In this document: one piece after another, positions 1-12,611 of the stretch
Position numbering within the stretch: position 1 is the first letter of the stretch
Layout of the letters: each line of letters starts with the position of its first letter
From: Octopus bimaculoides
Lineage: Eukaryota
Assembly: GCF_001194135.2 (NCBI RefSeq)
Contig: NC_068995.1
Location: 44,483,755-44,547,754, forward strand
Direction of reading: 5' to 3'
DNA: 64,000 nucleotides
Translations under genes and position numbers: made by a program
The notes under the pieces: model-generated
Databases searched by the model: none
Told to the model about the DNA's origin: nothing
Seen by the model: only the letters and a program-made list of their open reading frames with translations

Positions 1-3000
1 AAGTTATTTTTTTATTAAACGTAACTAGTCCAGGAACTGCAATGAGTAACAACATAGTGCTTATAACTTGTAAGTTTCCTCATGGTGGTGTGAAACCAGG
101 TGGTGAGTTAAATATGTTCCCATCTAGGCCAAAGTGAAATTTGAACTCGAAACTCAGAGCCAAAACAAATACTACAAGATATCTGGTACAACATCCTTAC
201 AGTTCCTTCATTCTACTGTCTTGGATTGGTACTTCTTTTAATCAAGTTCAGAAACTGAAAGACAAAGTTGTTCTCATCATGATTTGAACTCATTGTAACA
301 TCATTATCATCATTTAATGTCCGTTTTCCTTGCTGGCATGAATTGTACGGTTTGACTGGAGTGGGCAAGTTGGAGAGCTGCACCAGGGTCCATTGTTTGT
401 TTTAGCATGGTTTCTATGAGTGTGATGTCCTTCTCAGCTCTACCAAATGTTAACTTATTCAAAAAAGTGATCAGAAATAATCATGTTGTGAGAAAGTCAT
501 AAGGAAATGACAGTATTAATTCAATGATAAACAATATTTGAATTTTGACAAGTGTGGTAGACCACTCTGAACATGTTCTGGTCTTGTTAGATCTCTTCAG
601 CGAAGCATACACTTCACTTTACTTATCAAAGTAGTGATTAAAAATCATTGACTCGAGTGCAGTATTGTATAGGAGTAGGTATGAAATATTAGTGTATTTT
701 AGAGAATAAATCACTGACATTGTTATTAATGTTGGGGGTGATTGTAATGATGATCTAGTAGAGTAAGGAATGGATCGAAGTTTCTAGAGTTATTTTGTTT
801 TGACCTTAAAGTGTGTTCTCTGTAAGAGGTTGACTATATGAAGTAAACCTAGGCTAACTTTGATCAAAGACCTTCTTCCCATGACCATCATCATAATTAT
901 TAGCTTATATCTACTTTCCATTGATTCAGCAGGATATCATGATCTGTGAAAGTTCTTATTCAATCTTGTTGTCCTTTTAGGTGTGGTCGAGGGATGACCT
1001 CTTGTTTTGTACATTTTATTTTGGGAGGGTTTAGGTGCAGATGTGGCTGTGTGGTTAAGAGGCTTGTTTCCCAACCACATGGTTTTGGGTTCAATCCCAC
1101 TACATGGCACATTTGGGGAAGTGTCTTCTACTATAGTCCTAGGTCTATCAAAGCCTTGCAGTAGATTTGGTGAGTGGAAACTGGAAGAAAGCTTGCATGT
1201 GTATGTCTCCTTGTCTTGACATCATGTGTTAGTTGTAAATGTGTCTCTGTCATAGAAGCAGAGTCATTCATTTCCAATGTTCTGCTTGTCTAACAACAAA
1301 GATTTCCTTGCTTGGAAAGAGGTTGAGGTTAGTGGCTAGAAGGGCATCTGACTATAGAAAATCTGTCTCGAATTTTAACCCAAGCAAGCATGGAAAGGTG
1401 GACATTAAAATGATGATGATGATGATAGTCTCTGGATGATTCTCTGTCTAATATCAACCATTTTGTAGAGTGTACTGAGTGCATTTTTATGTGGCACCAG
1501 CATTAGAAGGGATATCATGTCCTCAGTAAGACTAAAGGCTTCTCTAAATTATCCATTGGTATCTGTTGTAACCAACCACTGTACAGAGTTACTGGGTGCA
1601 TTTTAATGTGGCACCAGCACATGAGGTTGCTTTGTTAGACAAAAGTGTCTTTGCTGCTTAATTTTGTCTTCATTTATCCAGGACAACATGACCAAGAGAA
1701 TGGATAGAAAAAATAAGGCAATTACAAAAGATGATTTAAAGTGGAAGGGACAAATGGGAGAGATAGTGCTAGAGGAATAATGAGGTGTGTAATGGCAACT
1801 ACATGATTAGTAGTAAGAGAGAGAGAGAGAATGTGCGCAAGTGATAGAAAGTTGAATGCCAGTAAAAGAGTAATTTGGGTGAGAGAAGATGTGATGGCAA
1901 GCAGCTGAGTGAGGTAAACGGTGAGATGCATTGGATATGAAGAGTTCTGGTGTAATCCCTCATTCAGGCATTGTGATGGGAGATAGGCAGTAATTGCAGG
2001 TGAAGGAGAGAGAGAGAGAGAGCAAGTACAACTACATTATCCAAATGTGGTGTGATTTGAGGGAGATATGGCTGCTATTTCCTGTAGGTTAAGAGATCAT
2101 GTAGAAACTTCCTTGTTAGCTTGATGCTACATGGTAGTGAGACACGAGTCGTTCAATGTGGAGGAATGGGGTGAGTATGATCTGCTTGAACATGGAGTAT
2201 TGGCTGTGGAAGATCTGTTGAGACGAGAGAGAGAAATGGATGCGGTTTACTGAATATGTAATGTTAGTTTAGTTTTGTGCTTAAGGCATAGGTCTTTGAA
2301 TGTCAGCAATTCTGTGGAGACTACAAATCTTCCACATTGAACAACTTGTGTCTCACTACCAATTAACATCAAGCCAAAGGGGAAGTTTCTACATGATTTC
2401 ATAACCTATGAGAAATAGCTGCCATTAGTGCCTCTCTCCTATCACAATGCCTGAATAATGAGATTATATATCAATCTCATGTGGGTCACTCTGAGGTTCA
2501 AGAAAAGTAAGCTAAGATCTGCTGGATGGGTTGTCCTTGGTCCAAGCCAGTTCTTATTTCATGTTAGTACTTTCTTAGGTGGCACATCTCAACACATCCC
2601 CTTTTTAGCATGGTTTCTATATACCTGGATACTTTTCTGAATATCTGCCTCTTTACAGAGTATACTTATTTTTTTATGGCACCAGCACTAGAGACATTAC
2701 TTATATTATGCTCTTAGCCAAACTAAAGGGGTCCACTTGACTCTGTATAATTCCTCAATCCATTTGCCAATCACTTAGAGTTTACCATATGCATTTTATC
2801 ATGCCATCAACACAACTAGTTGCTTTGTGTCCCACAAATCTAGAGAGTCTTGACTATGTTATCTCTGCTCATTGAGGACAGTGTAACCAAGAGATAATTG
2901 CACAAGTAGGTGAGTTCTACAAGAGAGAGAGTGTCAGAGAGGCGAGAGGGCATAATGTATGTGCATGTGCATATATCTATGATAATCAGTCTACCTATCA

Positions 3001-3229
3001 GTATTGAATATTTTCTTTTGCTTAACTGCATTTCACACTATTGAGTGTGTGTGTGTGTACACCAAGTAATTCGGTGGGGAAAAAACTGAAGAAAAGTACA
3101 CTTCCCCTTGGTATTTAAAAAACAAAAGTTATTCAGTAAAACCATCCTCAATCTTGATGTGACTCTGTGCCAGAATAGTGATTCTAATTCCTGTTGCCCA
3201 TTGTGTCTATAATGGCAGCCTTCAGCTGT

Positions 3230-3651
3230 TCTTATGTTGTTTAGCAAACGCTTCGACCAGATCACATAATTCTCTTGATCTTGCAGGACTTAAACTGTTC
3301 TCCCTTTTGTTATTTAGGACTTAATACTCGATCTACTCATGCATCACATATCTGACAGTGGGCTCTGTTACCTTGAGCTACTTGGAAATGGCCCTCTTCA
3401 ACTTCCTGAGATTCTCATTGACGATGTCTTGAAGGAACTTGACCCATCTTGATTGTGCCTAACCAGGGAGAATGTTTCTTGCATCTTGGCTGCAGTTGGT
3501 ATGAGCTGCCAAAAGCCTCCAGATCTTTCCTGACCTTCAACATAATCTGACTGTGTTCAAGAAGCTAATAAACTCTGAATTACTTTGGCTGGTGGATGGA
3601 ACCACAAGTACAGCCTGTCTTATCGTTTCTTGTCAGGCTGGAATCTGCCAT
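3230..3651 (-). pseudogene. Decayed Tc1/mariner-superfamily transposase, N-terminal part
   Basis: Frameshifted pieces MADSSLT / RQAVLV..SNSEFISFLN / KVRKDLEAFG..KKHS / FLQDIVNENLRK.KRAISK*LKVTEPTVRYVMHE / IWSKRLLN match the HTH region of invertebrate mariner-like transposases as I recall them. Confidence 0.7.
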
Positions 3652-6600
3652 GTTGATTTTGTTTGTGTATCTGAGAGAGAAATGAGAACATTAAAATTTG
3701 GTGCATATTTTGTTACATGATGTTAGATTGTCTACCCATTTATGACCCACTAAAATATAGTGTTCACAAAGACTTGGTACACTCTGTATGTGTATGTACA
3801 CACATATTCTCTAATACAGATATGTACATGAATGTGTGACTAATTATTTAAACATCATCTTTTCTCTTTGTGCTTTCAGAAATGGACGCCTTCAGTAGTA
3901 TGTAATCTACAATCAACAACTGACACATGTTGGGATATTAATCTCTTGACAATCCAACAGAAGATGGAACTATCAAATTACTGATAGCAATCAATATTTC
4001 ACTGTCCTACAACAGTATGAGTGTGTTTGTGTGTGTGTATTCATTTGGTTTAACCAGAATAAGGAGGAGGGTCAGGCTCCATACAGCGGAAGGAACCGTA
4101 AATCATAAGATTGCTACAGTGGATCCTTTGTTTGGAGTCTTGGTCTAAATGTCTGCAACAGAATGTCCTCCATTGAAACACCAAGCATGATGTGATGGTG
4201 TTGAAGCAAGTAACCGACTGGGTCATCCACCAACCAGGAACAGGTAAAAAGTCCAATAAGATTCCACACAGTTTCCCTGACCAAATTTCATTCACAATTG
4301 GATTAATCTTAGGTTATGTAGAGTGGAATCGAAGTTGGATTGGTGAAATGATGTATTATCTTTTTCAACATCCACTTTTCTATGCTTGCATGGGTTAGAT
4401 GGAATCTGTTGAGACAGATTTTCTACAGCTGGATGCTCTTTCTGCCACCCACCATTACTTGTTTCCAAGTAAGATAATTTCTTTATGGCCAGACATGTTT
4501 TCGTAACAGTTTGGAAATGAACAAAATTGCTTGTGTGATGATGATAATGAGGCTCATTTTCAACTATCACGTAATTTCAAGACAGGGAAACAATGATACT
4601 CACACACACAAGATGGGCTTCCTTCAGTTTCCATCTACCAAATCCACTCAGAGGGCTTTTATCGGCCTGGAGCTATAGTAGAAGACACGTGTCCAAGGTG
4701 CCATACAGTGGGACTGAACCCAAAACCATGTGGTTGGGAAGCAAGCTTCTAAACTACACAGCCATACCTGCATTTCATTGTATATTCTATGTGATATGAC
4801 TATGATACATCATATATCATAAATACACTTATCATAACTTAGGATTTTACTATTCAGTTCAGCCCAGCATAGAGAAATTAATGGTTTCAATTCCTTACCT
4901 GTAGGTCTCATTGGCTTCTGGTTTAGGGATGATTATCAGACACACACATAGTACTGTATAAGATCCAATACGTGTGATTTTTTTGAGAAATTTTAGCAGA
5001 AATATTCAAATCAATTCACAGGAACTGCAAGCCCCAACCTTGAGAAAAATCTGGTAGAACTCTCAGACACATCTGCAACATTCCAGAACACTGCTATAAC
5101 TCAGTTTTAATAAATGTTATCTTTCCTACTCATAAAAACACACATACCCACAAAAACAACTGTAGCTTCTGTGTCTTTGTTAACCTTCAGCATTGTGCAA
5201 AGTTACATGATACCATTGGTGGTAGGTGCAGAGGAATGGGAATTATTGTATTCCAACCAAGTTGATCTGGTCCATCTCTGCTGTACCCAGCTCCAGAATC
5301 TGTACTTACACAGAAATTAATTGGACAATGGAGAAAAGGTAACATGTTCATATTATTATCACTCAGTAGTCCCTTTGATAAACATCATTATGTTTCTCTG
5401 TCCTGTGTGTTTTGTACCAGACTGAGGTATGGTGTTTGGATCATCGGTTTTCTAAGTCTCAGTAGTTTGACCAATTCTCAGTATATCATCTAAGCTATTT
5501 CAATCTGTGACAATAACTAATAAAAACTATTCAATTTACATATTTTTGTATTTGTATTTTTTCTTTGTAAATATATTAAACTTCAAGGTGGTCACATTAG
5601 GATTCAACTGGTCTATTCTGTTTTTGTTTCAGGGTTACACTCCTTCTCTAAGCTGAGAAGTTCTTGTCTTGTGAACTTGTGGGTGCTAGTGCCTCGTACA
5701 AAGCACCCAGTACACTCTGTAAAGTAGCTGGTGTTAGGAAGGGCATCCAGCCATAGAAACTATGCCAATACAGACAATTGAAGCCTGGTGTAGCTCTCCA
5801 GCTTGCTAGCTCCTATCAAACAGTCCAACCCATGCCAACATGGAAATCAGATGTTAAATGGTGATGATGATGACAATTACACATTACTGTTTTGGGGGAG
5901 TTCTTTGCCTTTTAAATTTGTGACCTGCCTAACTTTACTAGTACCACACTAATGGCTGTATAAGATATGAGAGGCTTTTCTGTTGTGCCCTGTACATTTT
6001 GATTTTTAATTAATTAGATAAGGACCAACCAACCATCCATGTGAATACTTACACTCATATTCTAGACAATGCCCAGTTTGAATACCTTAGTTTGTTCATT
6101 AATCAATTAGCCAAAAACACCCATGCCTACCTGCATCTTACCTTTGGCCTTTTAGCATTCAGATTCTCTCAAATGTAATGCTTATTTATTCACATTGTTT
6201 TGATTTAATCATACATTATCTCAGTTTTAAGATTTCACTGATATAATTGTTTATTTTTAGAATCTGATCATTTTGGACATAAGATAGGGCTGGATATGGT
6301 CAGTTTAATGCCAAAGGGATAAATAAACCACAGCATTTTCTAATTCAATGCTCCATGCTTCAATGGTTTTCTTAACTTTTCACCTGTTTCAACATGTACA
6401 ATGGACTTTCTTTAGTTTTTATTTACCAAATTCACTCACAAGGCTTTGGTTAGCCCAAGGATATACTAGAACTCACTTGCCAAAGGTGTCACACAGAGGG
6501 CTTGAACCCAAGACTATCTAATTAGAGCCATTCAAAAAGTTATTTGTAACAAAGTCTCTCTCTGTGTTTTTGTTTCTTTTTCTGTTAGCAATATGTCATC

Positions 6601-7176
6601 ATCATCATCATTATTTTAGCATCTTTTCTATGCTTGTATTGGATCAAATGGGAATTCACTGAGGCAGATTTTCTACAGCTGGATGCTCTTCCTGTCGCCA
6701 GCCCTCACCTGTTTCCAAGCAAGGTAACGTTTCCCCATGTTCAGACACCTCCAACCTGGAATTTTTTCAAAACCAACAGTTTCCAAATTATGACGTCTGT
6801 ACTGTGTAATAATGTATTTGATACAAATGTTACATAACATTTTGTCATTTCGTTAATTAATTAGTCTTCTTAAGGCAGCGAGCTGGCAGAATCATTAGCA
6901 TGCTGGGCAAGATGCATTTTGTATGTCTTTACATTTTGAGTTCAAATTCCGCCAAGGTTAACTTTGCCTTTCATCATTTCAGGGTTGATAAATAAGTACC
7001 AGTGAAACACTGGGGTCAGTGTAATTGACTAGTCCCCTCCCCCAAAATTTCTGGCCTTGTGCCCTTAGTAGAAAGGGTTAATTAATTAGTCTTGTACTAA
7101 TTGGACTATTAGTAATTGGTTATGGCTTTGTTCTGAGGTCAACTTTACTGTTCATTCTGCCAGGGTCATCATCATT

Positions 7177-7403
7177 TTAACCCTTTAGCATTTAAGCTCG
7201 CCATATCCAGCCAAAATAATCTGCCTGTTTTATCTTCAAATTGGCCAGATCTGGCCTCTCACACTTACCCTGCAATGTTATTCTTAAAATAAACAATGAT
7301 GTCATTGAAATCTCAAAGCTACAAAGTAATGCATGACTGAGTGCTATCAACTGAATAAATAAGCATTACATTTGACTGAGTAATCTGAATGTTAAAGAGT
7401 TAA
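7177..7403. mobile_element. piggyBac-like MITE, about 210-230 bp. Other copies near 6145-6322, 18894-19097, 19592-20210 (SINE inserted), 24017-24180, 28734-28960, 34960-35076, 39140-39354 and 53390-53572
   Basis: Ends TTAA|CCCTTTAGCATT and AATGCTAAAGGG|TTAA. A TTAA target with CCC termini is the piggyBac signature. Shared internal sequence. Confidence 0.7.
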
Positions 7404-9552
7404 TGTTCACTTTGTCATGCTTGCATGGATTGAGTGAAATTTATTGAGGCTGATTTTTCCATAGCTAGATGTCCTTTCTATCATCAATCTTCACTTGTTA
7501 TGAACCAAAGTAATATTGCCTCACGGTCGGACATGTTTTCACAGAACATTGGAAAGGAATTACAGTGACGTATGACTAACAGTCATTTACAAACTATCAC
7601 ACTTGTTAAGACAAGGACACACATACACACACAAATGTGACTGTTGTAAGGAGTTCGCTTCCCAGTACATGGTGCTGGGTTCAGTCCCACTGTATGGTAT
7701 GGTACATTGGGGTACTGTCTGATAGTATGTCCTCCAGGCAGACCAAATCCTTGTGAGAGTGGATTTCGTAGATGGAAGCTGAAAGAAGCCCCTCGTATAT
7801 ATGTGTATCTGTATTTGACACCACCGCCACTTGACTAGTACTCACAAGTCTTTGGTCAGCCTGAGGCTGTAGTAGGCGACATTCAAAGTGCCATGTTGTG
7901 GGGCAGAACTTGGAACCATGTGATTGAGAAGCAAGCTTCTTACTTCACAGCTATGTGTGCACCAATGTTTGCAAAATTTAATATTAGGATTATTACTGAC
8001 TCAAAAGTGTATATGCTGTGAGAAGAATACAAAAAAATGATTGTTATAAATATTTGTATGGTTGTTTATGACAGGTAGGTTAACCAGTTAGTTGTAGTAG
8101 TGATCCTGAAGAGTGTGATGAGGGGAAGGTGGCCTTGTTTGTCATATTGGTGGTGACAGCAAAGACCTTATGGCTTTGTGATAAAATGATGAAGTTAGGC
8201 TCTCATAGTCTCTGTGGTTGTGTGTGTCAGAAAGCTTGTGGGGTTAAGCAGATGATTTAATAAGACAGCTCATGAAATGCCAAGCAAAATTTGTTTCTGT
8301 GGCAGAAAAAAATGTTGTTAATAACAAGGAAACGAGGCTGAAATCTACTGTGGGTAAAACAAGGTTTGAAGATCAGGCCTCAATAAGGTTTCTTGTTACC
8401 ATAAAAAATACAATAGCAGTAGCACCTTATATACAATAGCCATGTACCCTGTACAACATCATACTATACTCAATACTTGTATGTTTATATAATAACATTG
8501 TACATTATGAAATAATTGAGTTTATAAACATTCCTTTTCTTGTCTGTCCAGCTGTTTCACTTTCTATTCTCCACCCAAGAAGTCCTTTTCTTTGTAAGCA
8601 CTTCTCTCTGCTCTGATCAGTTTCTTTTCCTGTTCTTTCCCTGGCAGAGTTCACTGTTGTTTGTAGTGGGAGCACTATATAAATGGCAAGTGTTTCCTTC
8701 GTACTGTACAGAACCCATATCCTGCAGTGGGTGTGGATAAATTAAAGGGAAATCGCTTCGAGATTTCCATGGGGTCCAAACAGCCCCAGTAACTTACCGT
8801 ATATCATTCAGTAAAATGTCAAATTTTTATGAATAAATCAAATCATCTGGTGAAAAACATTTCTCTCCGTCAATGTTTTCTTTTACTTGTTCTAGTCATT
8901 AGACTGTGGCCATGCTGGGGCACCGCCATGAATTTTAGCTGAACAAATCGATCCCGGTACTTATTCTATTGGTTTCTTTTGCCGAACTGCTAGATTACAG
9001 AAACGTAAACACACCACTAACAGTTGTCAAGCGGCAGTGGAGGATAAACACAAACACCGACGTACACTCACACACACATGACAGGCTTGTTTCAGTTTCC
9101 GTCTACCAAATCTACTCACACGGCTTTGGTCAGCCAGAGGCTATAGTGGAAGACACTTGCCCAAAGTGCCTCACAGTGGGACTGAACTCAGAACTACGTG
9201 GTTGGAAAGCAAACTTCTTACCGCGCCTACGCCTATTTATCGTAACAGAAATAGAAACTACTACTATTACTACTACTACTCGTTCATTTCACACACCGGC
9301 AAGCTCTGAGCCATGTACGTCTCACCTCCAACCACGGCTACGTCTCTGTATCTCCACTTGATGTATTTAAGCATCCACTATCGCCAACACCAATAAATAC
9401 AACAGTCGTAACACCATCGCCATCGCTACGTCGACTAGCAAGCACCACATTCTCCAGTTTGAACTACCACAAGAGCAGCACTCAGGCTCTTACATAATTA
9501 CTCACAGCCATCGTTAAATTCTGGGATTAAATGCTCAATTAGACAGACAACC

Positions 9553-9594
9553 ATGTTTAATCGCCAGAAGAAGATAATGATCGGTGCGAGAGAA
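9553..9594 (+). CDS. LRRC49: LRRC49 probable first coding exon (MFNRQKKIMIGARE)
   Basis: ACAACC-ATG context, GAA|GTGAGT donor, phase 0 matches the next acceptor. CpG-retaining region. No homology recognised. Confidence 0.55.
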
Positions 9595-9599
9595 GTGAG

Positions 9600-9633
<34 letters not shown>

Positions 9634-12551
9634 TGCAGATATCACCTGTGCTTCACTTTCTTTAGTTTTGTATTTTAGGTACTATGTGAAAACTACATTT
9701 AACTCTTCCGTGAATCTTGTTAAAAAAAATTATCCTTACAATAACATCTATCTATCTATCTATCTATGAGTGTATGTACGCATGTTTGTGTGTGTGTTTT
9801 CAGTTGAGATTATTTTTAATATATTCAATTTTTTTTTTAAATTTAAGAATAGAATAACAAAAAAATACTCAACACTAGGAGTCCGAGTCAAATTTATTGT
9901 AGAGTCCGTAGTTCGTGTTCACTAAGACTTCAAAAGAAGGGCGAAACCTGCAGTCCCTTGTCAATACTAATTATATATATATTTATATCATCTGTAAGGT
10001 ATTTACATACCGTTGTGTTTGCATATTGTTGAGTGATTCTTGTAACTAGGACAGAGAGATCTTAACATTTCAGCATCTATTTTCTTTCGATTCGGCCTTC
10101 AGTTTAAAGAAACAATTCCATTGCTCCTGTCATAATGCTGGGTTTGTTATATTTGAAATAGCGAGAGATCACGTTCTCGAATATAGTATCAATGAAATTA
10201 GCGACAATAAACAAAATTTAAACGATTTTATAGTTAAATTTTGTACTTACTAACGATGTTTAGAGAGCCTCTATTTGGTCGCTCAATCTGCTAGACATAG
10301 TAGCCAAATTTCCCTCAAACCATTTGATCTTATATATATATATATATATGTGTGTGTGTTTTGTTATATCTGGTTCAAATTGGTATCTAACTTATGGTGT
10401 TAAAATATACATTGATTATTTACTGAAATCGATCATTGCAATTGATTAGATCGCAGGCCTGAACAACCAGAGGCTGAACCTAGGGCTAACCTACCACCAC
10501 CACCACTACAACTACTACTACGTATACTGAGTGACTGAATAATTTAGAGGTGGGGGTGTATGTGCTTTTGACAATCCTCATCTGCCACCCACTTAATTTA
10601 ATATTGATTAAAATTTACACTTTTCAATTGAAAACATTTGATTTTTATTTGGGAAAAAATATTAAAGCTGTGGTGATCGGCGTTCAAATTGTGGTGTTGT
10701 TGTTACCATGCAACAAGGGTAGATAATTCAAACGTGTTCAGAGTTTAATTGTACTTAGAAAGAAGTTGATGAAGAAATAGATAAAAAAATTTTACAAATT
10801 ATTGACAGAAAGGTATTGATGATCAACCAGAGCTCATCCCTTTTTGCAGCAGAACGAATTTATTTTAGTTGATAAATTTTATTATAATTAATTGTAGCGG
10901 TGACTTGTGTTTATTATTTTAATATCGGTTCCCAATGATTCCAAGTCCGATAACTCTGTCGTACGTTAAATAACTGGAAAGTAAACAAGTGCTTGCCGCG
11001 CATACATAAAACTCAAAAAGAAAACGATAGCATCCCCTGAAACTTCCTCAAATGCATAAAAGAAAGTGGGTTGTTGTGGTCACCATGCTTTTCTGAAAAG
11101 CATTAGTGATATAAGTCATCATCATCATTTAACGTCCGCTTTCCATGCTAGCATGGGTTGGAAGATTTGACTGAGGACTGGTGAAACCGGATGGCAACAC
11201 CAGGCTCCAATCTGATTTGGCAGAGTTTCTACAGCTGGATGCCCTTCCTAATGCCAACCACTCAGAGAGTGTAGTGGGTGCTTTTACGTGTCACCCGCAC
11301 GAAGGCCAGTCAGGCGGTACTGGCAACGGCCACGCTCAAAATGGTGTATTTTGAGCGTGGAAAATAATTATCATTTGAAATTGAGACCAGATTGCATACT
11401 TGACTCCTTGGAATTTGAGTTTTCCTGTTTTGAATTTGTTCTGAAAATTTTAATTCAGCCCTGTCACACCATATTCCTGCTGCAGTGGGTATAGGTTAAA
11501 TGTCATCTCTGCCAGATTCCCAGTAAAGTGGTAAGAAACAGCACACATAGAAAAATAAGATGCAGCCAATTCTGTCTGTTAGTTTGCCTGCACTTGTTAC
11601 TCTTCAGACATGTATGCAACTATTTATTATTTTGCTCAGGAGCATAGTGGAGGGTAAAGTTAGACCCAGTGGCCCAGGTCTGAGATAGTTAAATTGTTTA
11701 ATGAGAGGAGGAATGATAGTGGCTCTGATCCTTTTTCTTAGGATTTACATAGCTGACCCAAATAAGGGCCAGGTGGTGGTTATGAACTTAACAATGGATT
11801 AATCTTGAGAATAAAAATGGATTATTTGACGGATTTCTTCACAGTTTCCATATACCCGTACTGTTATAATCAAGTACCTATGGTATTGTACTGTGGGACT
11901 GAACCTAAAATGAACTTCTGAACCACACAATCATTTCTGTGTCCATCCTTTCCCATTAATTTTTTTTTCTAAAGATGCTGTTATTTTTCCTATCCACAGT
12001 TTTGAAATGTTATTTTTACATCTCTAAGTCAGGGGCAGCTAACCAAGGACGAGAGACCATCGTGCTGAAAGCTGCCCAATTAGCTCCGGACCTCATGATG
12101 AAACGTTATTGGATGTCCAGTAATTATCCTTATAATCACCTGGCAGGTAAGAAAATGTCATTGCTTTCTATTTAACCTCTTTATATTTCCAGAATTATAA
12201 TTTTAAAAATCATTATGGAAGAGCCATTCTAGTAATTTAATGATACAGAAAATCGTTTACATATGTGTATGTGTGTGTATATATGTACATATATATTTTT
12301 CTCCAGAGAAATTGCCACTTCATCATCGAACCCGTTCACAGCGGCATCTCTATCAAAGCAACACATTATCATCAGAACACAGCAGTCCGGAACCATTGTC
12401 TGTTGATGAAGATGCCAGATATCCACAGCACACGTGCAGAAACCCATCATTCTCTCCCAAAACATCGAACCTACAAAAAAACTACCCAACATTTTCATCA
12501 GGTTTGATATGTCTGTTTGATATCTTTAGCTTGGTGATATACAACATATAT

Positions 12552-12611
<60 letters not shown>

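Noticed and set aside
3880-3984. + strand acceptor followed by 34 open codons (KWTPSVVCNL...)
   Set aside because: No upstream partner exon or homology was found. It is short enough to be chance.
4050-4295. Minus-strand 81-aa ORF ending in a PPPY motif
   Set aside because: No recognisable homology, and its phase-0 acceptor does not fit the upstream candidate exon. It is left unassigned.
8500-8790. Possible non-LTR zinc-knuckle remnant (THCRI...ETLA) or + strand exon at 8648
   Set aside because: It needs several frameshifts. The evidence is too weak for either reading.
9374-9430. Minus-strand MAMVLRLLYLLVLAIVDA* signal-peptide-like ORF
   Set aside because: It stops after 18 codons with no splice donor.
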